Of a stretch of 64,000 nt of DNA, positions 24,614 to 33,464 are shown in pieces. The notes under the pieces are model-generated. The model was not told the origin of the DNA. It made no database searches and was given only the letters and a program-made list of their open reading frames with translations. Positions within the stretch are counted from its first letter, which is position 1. Each line of letters opens with the position of its first letter. This DNA comes from a virus. Location: positions 1-64,000 of the IMG/VR virus record IMGVR_UViG_3300017991_000049; one strand, 5' to 3'. Made by a program: the position numbers and the translations under genes.

Positions 24614-25399
24614 TCATATTCTTATCAGACTGTTCGGGAAACGTCTACGCCTAGCACAGAGCCATTTGGCGTCATTGGAGCAGTCGTTGGCGATGATCGG
24701 CACCTCGTGCTCCACGATATACTCGAAGATCTTCACAGTGATTTCGCGACTCTCGCGCGGCGATAGCAGCTGCAAAGGCTCGAAGAAATAGCAGTCTCCT
24801 ACGAGTTCACGTGCGCGCTGACACCGTACGTACAGCTCCGCCAGGTTGATATGCGAGACCTGCTTGGCGACCTCGTGGATGAGTCCCTTGGTGATCAGAT
24901 TGTCGTAAACCTCTGGTATGGAAGGGACTTCGACCGTGTCGGCCCACTCCAATTTGGACATGTCCCACGTGGCTGCCAGGTTCAACCGAATCTCGTTGAT
25001 ACCCGCAGCGCGCAGGCGCTCCGCGGTCTCCTTGTTCAGCCGCAGGCCGTTGGTATAGCACCACTGCCAATCGACATCGAGCTGCTCAGCAATCTCGACG
25101 ATCTTGTCGATGTACAGCAACGGCTCACCGCCGGAGTAGCTTACGCCGCGGATATCGTACTGGTAGATCTGCGATACAATCCGATCGAGATGGCCGGGCG
25201 TGTCCAGCCGATTGCGCTCTGGACGGCTGCAGAACCAGCAGTCAGCGTTGCAGCGCTGTCCCATGAACAGGCATAGCCACGTACCATCCTTGCAGCGCTG
25301 GCATCCTTTGGACAGGTCATGAATTTCGCCGTTCGTGACAGTGCCATCTGAGATGTGGACACCAAGCTTCTCGTAGCGGTCTCGATGTTCGGGTAGCAT
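24614..25399 (-). CDS. radical SAM enzyme (QueE / activating-enzyme-like)
   Basis: 261 aa. CNADCWFC (CxxxCxxC) cluster and SGGEPLL glycine-rich SAM motif. Confidence 0.8.
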   Translation of the reverse strand: MLPEHRDRYEKLGVHISDGTVTNGEIHDLSKGCQRCKDGTWLCLFMGQRCNADCWFCSRPERNRLDTPGHLDRIVSQIYQYDIRGVSYSGGEPLLYIDKIVEIAEQLDVDWQWCYTNGLRLNKETAERLRAAGINEIRLNLAATWDMSKLEWADTVEVPSIPEVYDNLITKGLIHEVAKQVSHINLAELYVRCQRARELVGDCYFFEPLQLLSPRESREITVKIFEYIVEHEVPIIANDCSNDAKWLCARRRRFPNSLIRI

Positions 25400-25407
25400 G
25401 CATCGTC

Positions 25408-27279
25408 CTACGGCGGCGGCACAGGCGGGGGTACGAATTTGCCATCCACTCTGCAGTCAGAGTAGTATGCGCGCCACTCTGCGGTCTGTTGGGTCAACGT
25501 GTACGGGTCTTGATAGGCATAGGTCGTGTTACCTTCTACGACGCACCGATCGGCCTTGGCACCTGTACGTTTCCGCGGCAGGTGGTGCATAGTGATGGCG
25601 CGGCGCACGCCGTTACCTCTGACGCGCCGCACGGTGAACTGCGCCCGATCCTCCACGACGACAGCCCAGTCGCTCACGCCCTCATGCCAATTATCCAGCA
25701 TCATCCCATCGATTTCAATCGCCGTACTGGCGTCGCCGATGATGACTGGCGCAAAGAACATTCCGGACATACCCTCGCCGCGGATGCTCGTCCACTTGCC
25801 GAGGATACCGTTAATACGCAGCATCGGCACGCCGGACAGTATTCGCTCTGTGCCGTCGGCCTCCGAGAAATTGCTGGTATTCAGCACGTTACGGAACGGC
25901 ACTGGGTTGTCCTCGTCCCACCACGTCCACAGCGAGAACGAGTTCTCGTCGATGTATTTTACGCGCATCCAGCGCTCATTCAGTTCGACCATGCCGGATT
26001 CGGTCTCCAGCTTGATCCACATGCCCTCGGCGAGGCCATGGTTCTGGCACGTGAACACGCCCTCGACGTCGCGGGTGATCTCCGTACAGCGCCGGTAGAT
26101 CAGCTGCTTGCCTGCGATCTCGCACGGATCTTCGAGCGTGAACGACCCGATGCCCTTCGTTGACGCCACGGTGGTAGCGATGCCGCCCTTGGCTACGTAC
26201 ACAGGGTCGCCGACGGTCAGGGCGTTGTTGTAGAACGCGCATGTCAGCCTGTCGTCCGCCACTGTCGTCCACATGCCCGTACCCATACAGCCGCATTCGG
26301 ACAGCACGGACTCGAACGTACCGGTGCCGCCCTTGCAGAAGATACCGGCGCGCTCCCACGGCTTGTGCTGCACGAACTTACCTTCGTGCCAGACCGTTTC
26401 GTCGTCCGGCGCAGGGAACCACTCAGCGCGATGTCCCATCGTCCGCATCGTGTTGATCGAGCGCACAGGTGTGTTGGCTACACCGAACATGCGCACCGCA
26501 AATCCGCGACAGTTCAGCGTGAACACGTTGTCGATACGGCTGCCGAAGCACCCGATGATGTCCAAGCCGACCTGCACGGTGTGCTTCACCGTGATGTTCG
26601 GAATGCCGCGGCTGTACGTGTGGTAGCAGAAGTAGGCGCCACGGCACTTGTAACGGCCGTAGACCTCCACACCGTCGATGCAGTCGAATGCCTTGGCGCT
26701 GCTGCCGCCGGCAACGTACAGCACGTACTTCGTCGGCGCGTAGTCTCCGGTGTACTTCAAGACCGAATGGCCATTACCGCGGAGCACTACGAACTGTTTC
26801 ATACCGTGCGGAGAGTCTGGCTTGCCGCGGTGGCACGTTGTTGCGCCAGGCGCGTCGTGCTGACCCCACCATGTGGGGCGTGCAATCCAGTCGAAGCCGC
26901 TGAAGATCGAGTCGCCGCACAGATACGTCCCGCCGTCCAGGTCGACCTCGCCCACTTTGCCGACAGAACTGGTCGGATAGTGCATGCTGTCGATGGCTTG
27001 CTGGATCGGTATATGCGCATCAGGCGTGTCGGGACGAGCGCCCCAGTCCCGCGCAGCTACGCGGTTCTGCGGATTGTCGATCGCCAGCCGTACGCCGCCT
27101 GGTTGGCCTGCTGTGCGCCCCTGTTCGTCGAAGACGCGCTGGCCCAAAGGATTGTAGTACGGCTCGTGCAATGTGGCATAGACGCCAGCAGAGAGTACGA
27201 ATTCGCCGCCCAAGAAGATAATCGGCTCGTGAAATTCGGTGTCCTGTGTGATGAGTACACGCGTAGTCACGACGAGCAT
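25408..27279 (-). CDS. right-handed beta-helix (pectate-lyase-like) protein, probable tailspike or polysaccharide depolymerase
   Basis: 623 aa. IPIQQAIDSM...GGTYLCGDSI entry motif; repetitive G/N/V-rich rungs (VVEGNTTYA, IEIDGMMLDNWHEG). Confidence 0.4.
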   Translation of the reverse strand: MLVVTTRVLITQDTEFHEPIIFLGGEFVLSAGVYATLHEPYYNPLGQRVFDEQGRTAGQPGGVRLAIDNPQNRVAARDWGARPDTPDAHIPIQQAIDSMHYPTSSVGKVGEVDLDGGTYLCGDSIFSGFDWIARPTWWGQHDAPGATTCHRGKPDSPHGMKQFVVLRGNGHSVLKYTGDYAPTKYVLYVAGGSSAKAFDCIDGVEVYGRYKCRGAYFCYHTYSRGIPNITVKHTVQVGLDIIGCFGSRIDNVFTLNCRGFAVRMFGVANTPVRSINTMRTMGHRAEWFPAPDDETVWHEGKFVQHKPWERAGIFCKGGTGTFESVLSECGCMGTGMWTTVADDRLTCAFYNNALTVGDPVYVAKGGIATTVASTKGIGSFTLEDPCEIAGKQLIYRRCTEITRDVEGVFTCQNHGLAEGMWIKLETESGMVELNERWMRVKYIDENSFSLWTWWDEDNPVPFRNVLNTSNFSEADGTERILSGVPMLRINGILGKWTSIRGEGMSGMFFAPVIIGDASTAIEIDGMMLDNWHEGVSDWAVVVEDRAQFTVRRVRGNGVRRAITMHHLPRKRTGAKADRCVVEGNTTYAYQDPYTLTQQTAEWRAYYSDCRVDGKFVPPPVPPP

Positions 27280-27301
27280 TGTTGGCCTCCTAATATCTAG
27301 G

Positions 27302-27616
27302 TCACTCAGCCCACGAGATCGTCACCCATGACTTGCCCTCTCTTTGATCATACTCTTCCTTGACGGTATAGCCAAGTTCCTCTAGGCGCTTGCGCACACG
27401 CTGCTTCTGCGGCATCTCGCCTTTGAACGGCGGTAGATTAAGGCTCGTATACCCACGCGACGACGAATGCCTTATCCGCGCAAAGATGTTCTCCAGCTCT
27501 TCTTCGACCTGTTTTGACGGCGCCTGCGTGTTTGCGCGCGCCTCGTCTGCTGAGATAGGGCCGCGTGGCCCTGTTCCTAAAACCATTGCAGCCTCCTTCC
27601 GTTTGACTAAAAGCAA
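27302..27616 (-). CDS. hypothetical protein (104 aa)
   Basis: ORF with an RBS-like region. No motif recognised. Confidence 0.4.
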   Translation of the reverse strand: MLLVKRKEAAMVLGTGPRGPISADEARANTQAPSKQVEEELENIFARIRHSSSRGYTSLNLPPFKGEMPQKQRVRKRLEELGYTVKEEYDQREGKSWVTISWAE

Positions 27617-27617
27617 G

Positions 27618-27691
27618 TACCCCGTACCAGATTCGAACTGGTGATCTCCTGGCTGAGAACCAGGCGTGCTGAACCACTACACTAACGGGGC
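27618..27691 (-). tRNA. tRNA-Glu (CTC)
   Basis: Acceptor GCCCCGU/ACGGGGU. Anticodon stem CCUGG/CCAGG, loop UUCUCAG. T-arm ACCAGUUCGAAUCUGGU. Confidence 0.7.
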
Positions 27692-27737
27692 AAAAAATGG
27701 CCGCCCGGGTCATTAGCCTATATAACGGGCGGCCGGG
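27692..27737 (-). terminator. rho-independent terminator immediately 5' of tRNA-Glu on the minus strand
   Basis: Hairpin CCGGCCGCCCG...CGGGCGGCC followed by UUUUUU on the minus-strand RNA. Confidence 0.6.
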
Positions 27738-28034
27738 TGTGCTAGGACTGATCCGACTTGTTGACTTCTCCGTTTAATCCGTATGCGTGAATCTCTCGTA
27801 AAAGGCGTACTTCATTATACTACCGGGGCTCGAGCGCCGATTTGCCAGGCCGGCTCGGCGAGGCCTTTGTAGGGCACCTGCCACTGGCAGATGCCAAGCG
27901 CCCCGGGGGGAGTTGATACCCCATCTCCTAGTAGGTAAGGATAGCTACGGAATTCGATTCAACAAGTGACAACACGGGTGATCTTGAGCGATAGCTTGAG
28001 TCTGAACGTGAAGTGCGCATAGGGTTCCGTTGAT

Positions 28035-28066
28035 GGTGACGCTCTAGCAATTGAGCTACCCCACAG
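28035..28066 (-). ncRNA. isolated tRNA 5' half (acceptor UGUGGGG plus D-arm GCUCAAUUGCUAGAGC plus UCACC)
   Basis: Its acceptor strand pairs 7/7 with CCCCACA in the fragment at 28149-28183, and UCACC pairs with GGUGA there. Confidence 0.45.
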
Positions 28067-28071
28067 GAAAG

Positions 28072-28143
28072 ATCCGGCGGTGGGATTCGAACCCACGTGG
28101 GCTGGTTTACAAAACCAGTGCATGGCCTCTCTGCCACACCGGA
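28072..28143 (-). tRNA. tRNA-Thr (TGT)
   Basis: Acceptor UCCGGUG/CGCCGGA. Anticodon stem CUGGU/ACCAG, loop UUUGUAA. T-arm GUGGGUUCGAAUCCCAC. Confidence 0.7.
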
Positions 28144-28148
28144 GTAAG

Positions 28149-28183
28149 TTGTGGGGGGAGGACTCCAACCTCCAACCTTCACC
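28149..28183 (-). ncRNA. isolated tRNA 3' half (GGUGA, variable, T-arm GGAGGUUGGAGUCCUCC, acceptor CCCCACA, A)
   Basis: Complements the 5' half at 28035-28066 but lies upstream of it on the transcribed strand (permuted order). Confidence 0.45.
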
Positions 28184-28245
28184 TATGGAACCTGTATCAT
28201 GCGCGTTTTTGAGTCTGAGTCTGAACTTGTCGCTATGTAAAGCTG

Positions 28246-29010
28246 CTACGCGGTCTGCGCCGGAGCAGCAGCTTTCGCTCCTTGCGTAATGAAGTCGAAG
28301 AGCGGCCGGGCGATCTCGAAGCTGTCGGTCTGCGCCTGGTTGGCCTGTTCGCGGGCCAGCCGGATGCCTTCGATCAGCTTGTCGACGCGCTCCAGCATCT
28401 TCTCCTTCTCGTCTGCCGGTATTCTACCCGACATGAGCACAGTTTCCCACTCACCTACGACGATGTCCTCGTCGAAGCGCTCGGTCTGTGCAGGGTGCTC
28501 GGTGGTGGCTTCGTACTTCACCAGTACCTGTGGGACTTTCCGCGTCCGGACCTTGCTTGTCTTCCCCGTCACGAAGCAGTTGCGGTTGGGGTCGTGGGTC
28601 CAGTTTTCGGCGGAGTCCAGTACCGGCAGATGTGCTAGGAATGTGCGCACGTCGGTGACGTGCTTTTCCAGGAACAGCAAGCTGGTGACCGGTACGTCGG
28701 CCAGGATCAGGGCGCCATCCACCTTGATGTCGCCCTTGGCCGTGCAGTTGGCTGCGTCCTGCGTCGCGGTGACGTTCAGGAGCTTGGTCCAATGCTTGAC
28801 GGCCTTCTTGAGGCAGCTTTCCCAGGTGCACTGGATGTTCTTGTGCTCCGGCGGCAGCTGAGGCTCGTCCTCGCGCTTGGATTTGTAGGTCCGCACCAGT
28901 CCGTCGAACAAGGCAGGTTTCTGGACCTGCTTGTAGATGGTGGTGACGGCTTCCTGCGTCCGGGTTCGTTGCCCGTTCGCAACAGCGATGATCTGATTCA
29001 GTTTGGGCAT
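28246..29010 (-). CDS. hypothetical protein (254 aa)
   Basis: Strong RBS (AAAGGAGGAGG). A copy of the TTGATC...GATCAA motif lies 45 nt upstream. Confidence 0.55.
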   Translation of the reverse strand: MPKLNQIIAVANGQRTRTQEAVTTIYKQVQKPALFDGLVRTYKSKREDEPQLPPEHKNIQCTWESCLKKAVKHWTKLLNVTATQDAANCTAKGDIKVDGALILADVPVTSLLFLEKHVTDVRTFLAHLPVLDSAENWTHDPNRNCFVTGKTSKVRTRKVPQVLVKYEATTEHPAQTERFDEDIVVGEWETVLMSGRIPADEKEKMLERVDKLIEGIRLAREQANQAQTDSFEIARPLFDFITQGAKAAAPAQTA

Positions 29011-29052
29011 CCTTTGCCTCCTCCTTTGAATCTGAAACTAACGGTCCTAATT

Positions 29053-29068
29053 TTGATCTCATGATCAA
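29053..29068. promoter_or_regulatory. TTGATCTCATGATCAA motif, copy 3
   Basis: Seen directly, upstream of the 28246-29010 gene. Confidence 0.5.
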
Positions 29069-29073
29069 AAAGC

Positions 29074-29142
29074 AGTCCGGCAGGGAGTCGAACCCCATCC
29101 TGCTGATCCAGAGTCAGCCGTGCCGCCAATACACCACCGGAC
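29074..29142 (-). tRNA. tRNA-Gln (CTG)
   Basis: Acceptor GUCCGGU/GCCGGAC. Anticodon stem GCUGA/UCAGC, loop CUCUGGA. T-arm GGGGUUCGACUCCC. Confidence 0.65.
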
Positions 29143-29204
29143 AATATGACGCCACCGTCGGAACGCCGACGGTGGCGGTACTCTTTCTGCACATGGCAGA
29201 TGAG

Positions 29205-29525
29205 CTAAGCAGCAGTCAGTTCGGCCTGGACGTCTTCCATAAGGCCGGCGAGCTCCTGCATACAAGCGCTGACGTACTCTGTGATACTCTCGGTATCGGT
29301 ACCGTCGACCTCGATGCCGTCAAGGCGCTCCGCGGCAGCTTGGCCGCGCGCGATGACGATCTCGGTCATCCGATCGGACTCCAGATCATACTGGATGTCG
29401 CACTTCATTCTTCCAAAGCCAGGGGCATCGGTGCTCATGTGGAGCATGGCCTTCTTGCCGCCCGGGGCCTTGAACGAACACTTCAACTTCGCCTTCTTGG
29501 GCATGTAGCCCTCCTCCAGCCCCAT
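29205..29525 (-). CDS. hypothetical protein (106 aa)
   Basis: ORF with basic N-terminus and acidic C-terminus. Confidence 0.45.
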   Translation of the reverse strand: MGLEEGYMPKKAKLKCSFKAPGGKKAMLHMSTDAPGFGRMKCDIQYDLESDRMTEIVIARGQAAAERLDGIEVDGTDTESITEYVSACMQELAGLMEDVQAELTAA

Positions 29526-29624
29526 GCGTTACGCCCCCTTATCAAAGACGCCAAGCATGAAAAACAGCATGACGACTACACACGCAATCCAGATCGTGTC
29601 GTCCATCAGTTCCTCCTTCTGAGC

Positions 29625-29693
29625 AGCCCAACAGGGAGTCGAACCCCGTCCTGCAGGTCCAAAACCTGTCGTGCAGCCGTTACACCATTGGGC
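29625..29693 (-). tRNA. tRNA-Gln (TTG)
   Basis: Acceptor GCCCAAU/GUUGGGC. Anticodon stem CAGG/CCUG, loop UUUUGGA. T-arm CGGGGUUCGACUCCCUG. Confidence 0.7.
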
Positions 29694-29781
29694 AATAATG
29701 TGAGGCGCGTCGCTTGTGCCGATGCTGCAATCTCGGAATACGGCGCTGAGGCATAAGTAGCTTACTGTCCTCCCTCACCAG

Positions 29782-29853
29782 TACCGCGTACGGGTTTCGA
29801 TCCCGTCTGATCAGGTTGAAAGCCTGATGACCTCACCAGAAGTCGAACGCGGC
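29782..29853 (-). tRNA. tRNA-Glu (TTC)
   Basis: Acceptor GCCGCGU/ACGCGGU. D-stem GACU/GGUC. Anticodon stem UCAGG/CCUGA, loop CUUUCAA. T-arm ACGGGAUCGAAACCCGU. An imperfect duplicate of its 5' end lies just upstream. Confidence 0.65.
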
Positions 29854-29960
29854 CTGTGCGCCCCCGACCACAATTGGTCCGACCACGCGGCTTAGCGGGG
29901 GCATCGTAGGTGGCTACTCCACGGACTCGTAATGGTCTCCTTATCTGCAGGTGAACCACA
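29854..29960 (-). ncRNA. structured non-coding segment between tRNA-Glu and tRNA-Asn (7-bp GCCCCCG/CGGGGGC closing helix, internal hairpins)
   Basis: Inverted repeats seen directly. No protein-like ORF on the coding strand. Confidence 0.3.
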
Positions 29961-29969
29961 AGTGTAAGC

Positions 29970-30038
29970 TGCTCGGCTAGGAGTCGAACCTAGACCACTC
30001 GGTTAACAGCCGAGCGCTCTGCCTCAGAGCTACCGAGC
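29970..30038 (-). tRNA. tRNA-Asn (GTT)
   Basis: Acceptor GCUCGGU/GCCGAGC. Anticodon stem CUCGG/CCGAG, loop CUGUUAA. T-arm CUAGGUUCGACUCCUAG. Confidence 0.75.
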
Positions 30039-30043
30039 AAAAG

Positions 30044-30116
30044 CAGGCACCCAGGGAATCGAACCCCGCCACGCGGATTTGGAGTCCGCATCGCCAGCCT
30101 TGGAACATTGGCACCT
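30044..30116 (-). tRNA. tRNA-Trp (CCA)
   Basis: Acceptor AGGUGCC/GGUGCCU. Anticodon stem GCGGA/UCCGC, loop CUCCAAA. T-arm CGGGGUUCGAUUCCCUG. Confidence 0.7.
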
Positions 30117-30516
30117 GTAACAGTGAGTAGCGCAGACTCGAACACCGAGCAGGGGTTGACATACCGATGCGCGACTGGTGCTTGAGGAAAACGTAGGTGG
30201 GTATAGACCTTCCTGGATGTGCCAACTGCATACGGCCTGGCCCAGAGCCACCTGACTCTTTCCGACTCACTGAGCGCCCCGACGGGGTTATGATCCCCGT
30301 ACTCCGGATCGACAGTCCGGCGTTTTTCCGATTGAAACTACCGGGGCGTTTGGAGGCGCGCTGACGCAGTACGCCAAGCCACCTCCTCTAGGTTGGCAGC
30401 TACACGGATGTGACACATCCGCTCACATGCGCATACCAGGTCGCAACTGCGCTCCGCCCCGACATTGGGGGAACGGTCTACGTGTCACCAGTTGCTCACC
30501 CACTTCGAAGTATCGT

Positions 30517-30714
30517 TCACCGACCCTTTTTCGTCAAGGGCTCGGGCTTCTTGGCCTTCTTCTTCGGTACACTCGCTTTGACGACGTCCTTGCCGCACAC
30601 CGTGCAGCGATGGCCAGCGCCAGTAGCGGTTACAGTCTCGTTGCAAACTCGTCTCTTGTGCCCATACTGCGCGTCCTGGTACGGATGGTCGCACAGACAT
30701 TCCTTGATTGGCAT
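30517..30714 (-). CDS. small Zn-ribbon protein (about 65 aa)
   Basis: Start at MPIKECLCDHPYQ. C-x-C...H...C-x2-C pattern. Lys-rich tail. Confidence 0.45.
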   Translation of the reverse strand: MPIKECLCDHPYQDAQYGHKRRVCNETVTATGAGHRCTVCGKDVVKASVPKKKAKKPEPLTKKGR

Positions 30715-30822
30715 GTGTTTCCTTTCGGTGTCATACGAAAACAGCGCAGCGGAAACTGAGCTCCGCTGCGCTGTTAAGTGTCTCAAACAAAGCTGGCGGA
30801 GGTTAGCCCGCCAGCATTATGC

Positions 30823-31485
30823 TTAGACGGGCGTCTCGGTGATCCGGTTGGGCGCATTTTCTGGCCCGCGCGGTTCCATCGAGGCTTCGATCTGCGCCAC
30901 GTCGACGCGGTTGTCGTTGCCTGCGAAGGTCATCAGGTACGCGAGGATCTGTTGGTACAGACCGTAAACGCGCAGCGAGTCGTGTCGGGTGATGAACCGC
31001 GAACGCTCGCGCGAGTTGAGTCGCGTCCAGGTTACGATCACTGTGTCGACGGCCGACAACAGGATCCGGCCGTTGCCGCTCATGTTGAGCTGGCTGTTCA
31101 CCGGGATGTCGACGTCCTGGCCCGAGAAGTCCCAAGGGAGTTGGTACATCTGCGTGGCCGGCATCTGGATGTCGTCGCCACCAAACGGATTGGCAGCATC
31201 GGTGATGTCCGCAGTTGCGTCGATCGCCGTAGCGATCTTGTCGCCGAGATCAGCACCGTCTGGGTTATGAGTAACCCGGCGACGCCAGCGATCAGCGTTG
31301 ACAAGCAGCTGCAGAAAATGGTCTCTCGACGGGTCGTCGAGACCGCCTCGGTCGCGGAGATCTTCACTGTGGACAATCTCCGAGCGCAGCAACATCAACG
31401 GCTGCAGACCGGCGGCGATGTGATGGTTTCGGCATTCCGTGATTACGTTACGGAATTGTTCGACGCCAGGGTCACCTACTGGCAT
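30823..31485 (-). CDS. hypothetical protein (220 aa)
   Basis: Overlaps the stop of the upstream protease gene by 10 nt (operon-like). No motif recognised. Confidence 0.5.
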   Translation of the reverse strand: MPVGDPGVEQFRNVITECRNHHIAAGLQPLMLLRSEIVHSEDLRDRGGLDDPSRDHFLQLLVNADRWRRRVTHNPDGADLGDKIATAIDATADITDAANPFGGDDIQMPATQMYQLPWDFSGQDVDIPVNSQLNMSGNGRILLSAVDTVIVTWTRLNSRERSRFITRHDSLRVYGLYQQILAYLMTFAGNDNRVDVAQIEASMEPRGPENAPNRITETPV

Positions 31486-33245
31486 GACTGGTCTCCTTTG
31501 GTGGGAGTTGAATGATAGGTTGCTGCCGGCGCCATTTCATTGAAGCGTCTCAGCAGCGTGTCCTTCATTATACGCGCCCAGTCATTCTCAGGTCCAGAGG
31601 GCTCTTGGTCAATTTTCTTGTCAAGTTCGTCGAGAGTAAGTCGGCCGATAAGTGCATCAAGTATCGGCGAACGTCCTTCGAGCTCCGAAAGTCGTATAAA
31701 TTCCTGTGCTTCCGAGATGTCTCGGGGCACTGTGTCGTGGGTGGGAAACGTATCGGGCTCGGAAGCCCCTCCTTGCCCAGGCGGCGTCACGGGCGGGTCA
31801 ACAGGCGGTACGACAGGCGGATCTGTGGGCGGTTCGATGGGCGTAACAGGCGGCAAATCAGGCAGTTTTGGCGCAGGCTTGCCGCGGAACCAGCAGAACG
31901 CCTTGTAGATACCAAAGCCGAGCGCCAGCAATCCGCCACCACCTGCCGATCCTGTCAGTAGCCACATGAGCGCCTGCTGCACCGACGGCTTTACCATATC
32001 CCAGTTTGACGGTTCGTCCGGCTCGGTTACCGTGGGCGGCGGATCGTTATTTGTCGGCGGCTCTACAGGCGGCGTAACCGGAGGGTCAACTGGCGGCGTA
32101 ACCGGAGGGTCAACTGGCGGCGTAACTGGGGGTTGCACAGGTGGTTCGACCGGCGGCTGTACAGGTGGCGTAACCGGAGGCGTAACTGGCGGTTCAACAG
32201 GAGGTTCAACAGGCGGTTCAACCGGTGGCACCACTGGCGGCACTACAGGCGGTGGCTCAGCTGGCGGCGCAACTGGTGGCGTCACTGGTGGCACTACAGG
32301 CGGTGGCTCGACCGGCGGTGTCACCGGAGGCGTGACAGGCGGCTGTACAGGTGGCGTAACCGGAGGCTCGACCGGGGGCGTAACCGGAGGCGTGACAGGT
32401 GGCGTAACTGGGGGCACGACAGGCGGCTGTACAGGCGGCTGTATTGGCACCAGTGGCGGCCGCGGCTTTGGCGGCTGCGGGTACGGCGGGAGAATGAACT
32501 TCAACAGCGCACGCACACGCGGAAAGTAAGGTCCGCAGCAGCAGTTACCGTCAGTGCCGGTGATCAACCCTACGACTTCACCGCGCGACGTGTAGATCGG
32601 TCCGCCGCTCATGCCGCTGATTGCCGGCCCTCGGAACTCGATGACCGAGAGCGTGCGCCCTTGATCGAACGATAGCCATTTGCTGAACGTCCCCTTTGTG
32701 ACGCGGTATGTAGTATTCATCGCCCAGCCGGACGCCCAATATATCTCGCCTTGCCTGGGCGGGCCTTTTGCGAAGCGCACCGGCTTGATACCCGGATCGT
32801 CGATCTCGACGACGGCTACATCATAGAGATGGTTGTAGCGCAGCATTCGTGCCTTGAGCATCTTGCCGTTGATCAGCGTGACCGTCACAACGGCCCCAGG
32901 CTTGTAGCCATGGGCGCAGGTGATCACGTGCGCTTTACCGTCCTTCTGTGCTGCAATAAAGCCGCTGCCGGCCAGTTCGCCGAATGCTACCTTGACCACC
33001 TGTTCGCAGGGTGGTGCTGCTGGAAGTGCTGGCGGCGCTGGTGCGGCCCAGGACTGCGATGGCGATGCGCGCCATTGGGTTTCGTGCGGCAGCTGCATCA
33101 GCAGCCCGCGGTAATCCTGCCGGCTAGGCGAATTGCGCTCTTCCCAGGGAACTACTTCATAGATGTCTACAGAACGGGGCTGGCCCGCAGCTACGGTTGG
33201 CAGCAGTAGGCATGCCAACAGGCAGAAAAGCGTACAGCATCTCAT
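31476..33245 (-). CDS. secreted trypsin-like (S1) serine protease with Pro/Thr-rich repeat linker, TM helix and C-terminal domain
   Basis: Start at MRCCTLFCLLACLLLPTVAAG (signal peptide); the upstream part of the ORF overlaps tRNA-Ile. Catalytic triad context VITCAHG (His), YDVAVVEID (Asp), GMSGGPIY (Ser). About 130 residues of (PPV[TEQ]) repeats. TM LMWLLTGSAGGGGLLALGFGIYKAFCWF. Confidence 0.7.
   Translation of the reverse strand: MRCCTLFCLLACLLLPTVAAGQPRSVDIYEVVPWEERNSPSRQDYRGLLMQLPHETQWRASPSQSWAAPAPPALPAAPPCEQVVKVAFGELAGSGFIAAQKDGKAHVITCAHGYKPGAVVTVTLINGKMLKARMLRYNHLYDVAVVEIDDPGIKPVRFAKGPPRQGEIYWASGWAMNTTYRVTKGTFSKWLSFDQGRTLSVIEFRGPAISGMSGGPIYTSRGEVVGLITGTDGNCCCGPYFPRVRALLKFILPPYPQPPKPRPPLVPIQPPVQPPVVPPVTPPVTPPVTPPVEPPVTPPVQPPVTPPVTPPVEPPPVVPPVTPPVAPPAEPPPVVPPVVPPVEPPVEPPVEPPVTPPVTPPVQPPVEPPVQPPVTPPVDPPVTPPVDPPVTPPVEPPTNNDPPPTVTEPDEPSNWDMVKPSVQQALMWLLTGSAGGGGLLALGFGIYKAFCWFRGKPAPKLPDLPPVTPIEPPTDPPVVPPVDPPVTPPGQGGASEPDTFPTHDTVPRDISEAQEFIRLSELEGRSPILDALIGRLTLDELDKKIDQEPSGPENDWARIMKDTLLRRFNEMAPAATYHSTPTKGDQSCQ
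31990..32470. repeat. degenerate 12-nt tandem DNA repeats (GGCGGTGTAACC-like) encoding the (PPVT/PPVE)n linker
   Basis: Seen directly inside the protease CDS. The Gly-rich ORFs on the opposite strand are artefacts of this repeat. Confidence 0.8.
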
Positions 33246-33324
33246 CGGGGACTCCTTTGCTGAGAGACGTGCATATTCTCTCATCAGACACCGACGGAGT
33301 GGCGCTGTCAAGATCCTTGGGAAG

Positions 33325-33396
33325 TGGTAGCCCTGTGAGTCGAACACAGCACAGCGCGGTTATCAGCCGTGCTTGGGCAACCGGCCCTCGACTACC
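33325..33396 (-). tRNA. tRNA-Ile (GAT)
   Basis: Acceptor GGUAGUC/GGCUACC. Anticodon loop CUGAUAA with a 4/5 stem. T-arm CUGUGUUCGACUCACAG. Confidence 0.65.
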
Positions 33397-33464
33397 ATGG
33401 CCCTGGGCCCGGAGGCCCAGGGAGGACTTTCCATTATTTGGGATTGTCCGTTTCTCGTCCAGAC

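Noticed and set aside
31966-32675. Gly-rich (GGSTGGVTGG...) and Arg/Trp-rich plus-strand ORFs
   Set aside because: They are off-frame or antisense reads of the 12-nt DNA repeat encoding the protease's PPVT/PPVE linker. Not collagen-like genes and not a CRISPR array (the repeats are contiguous, without spacers).
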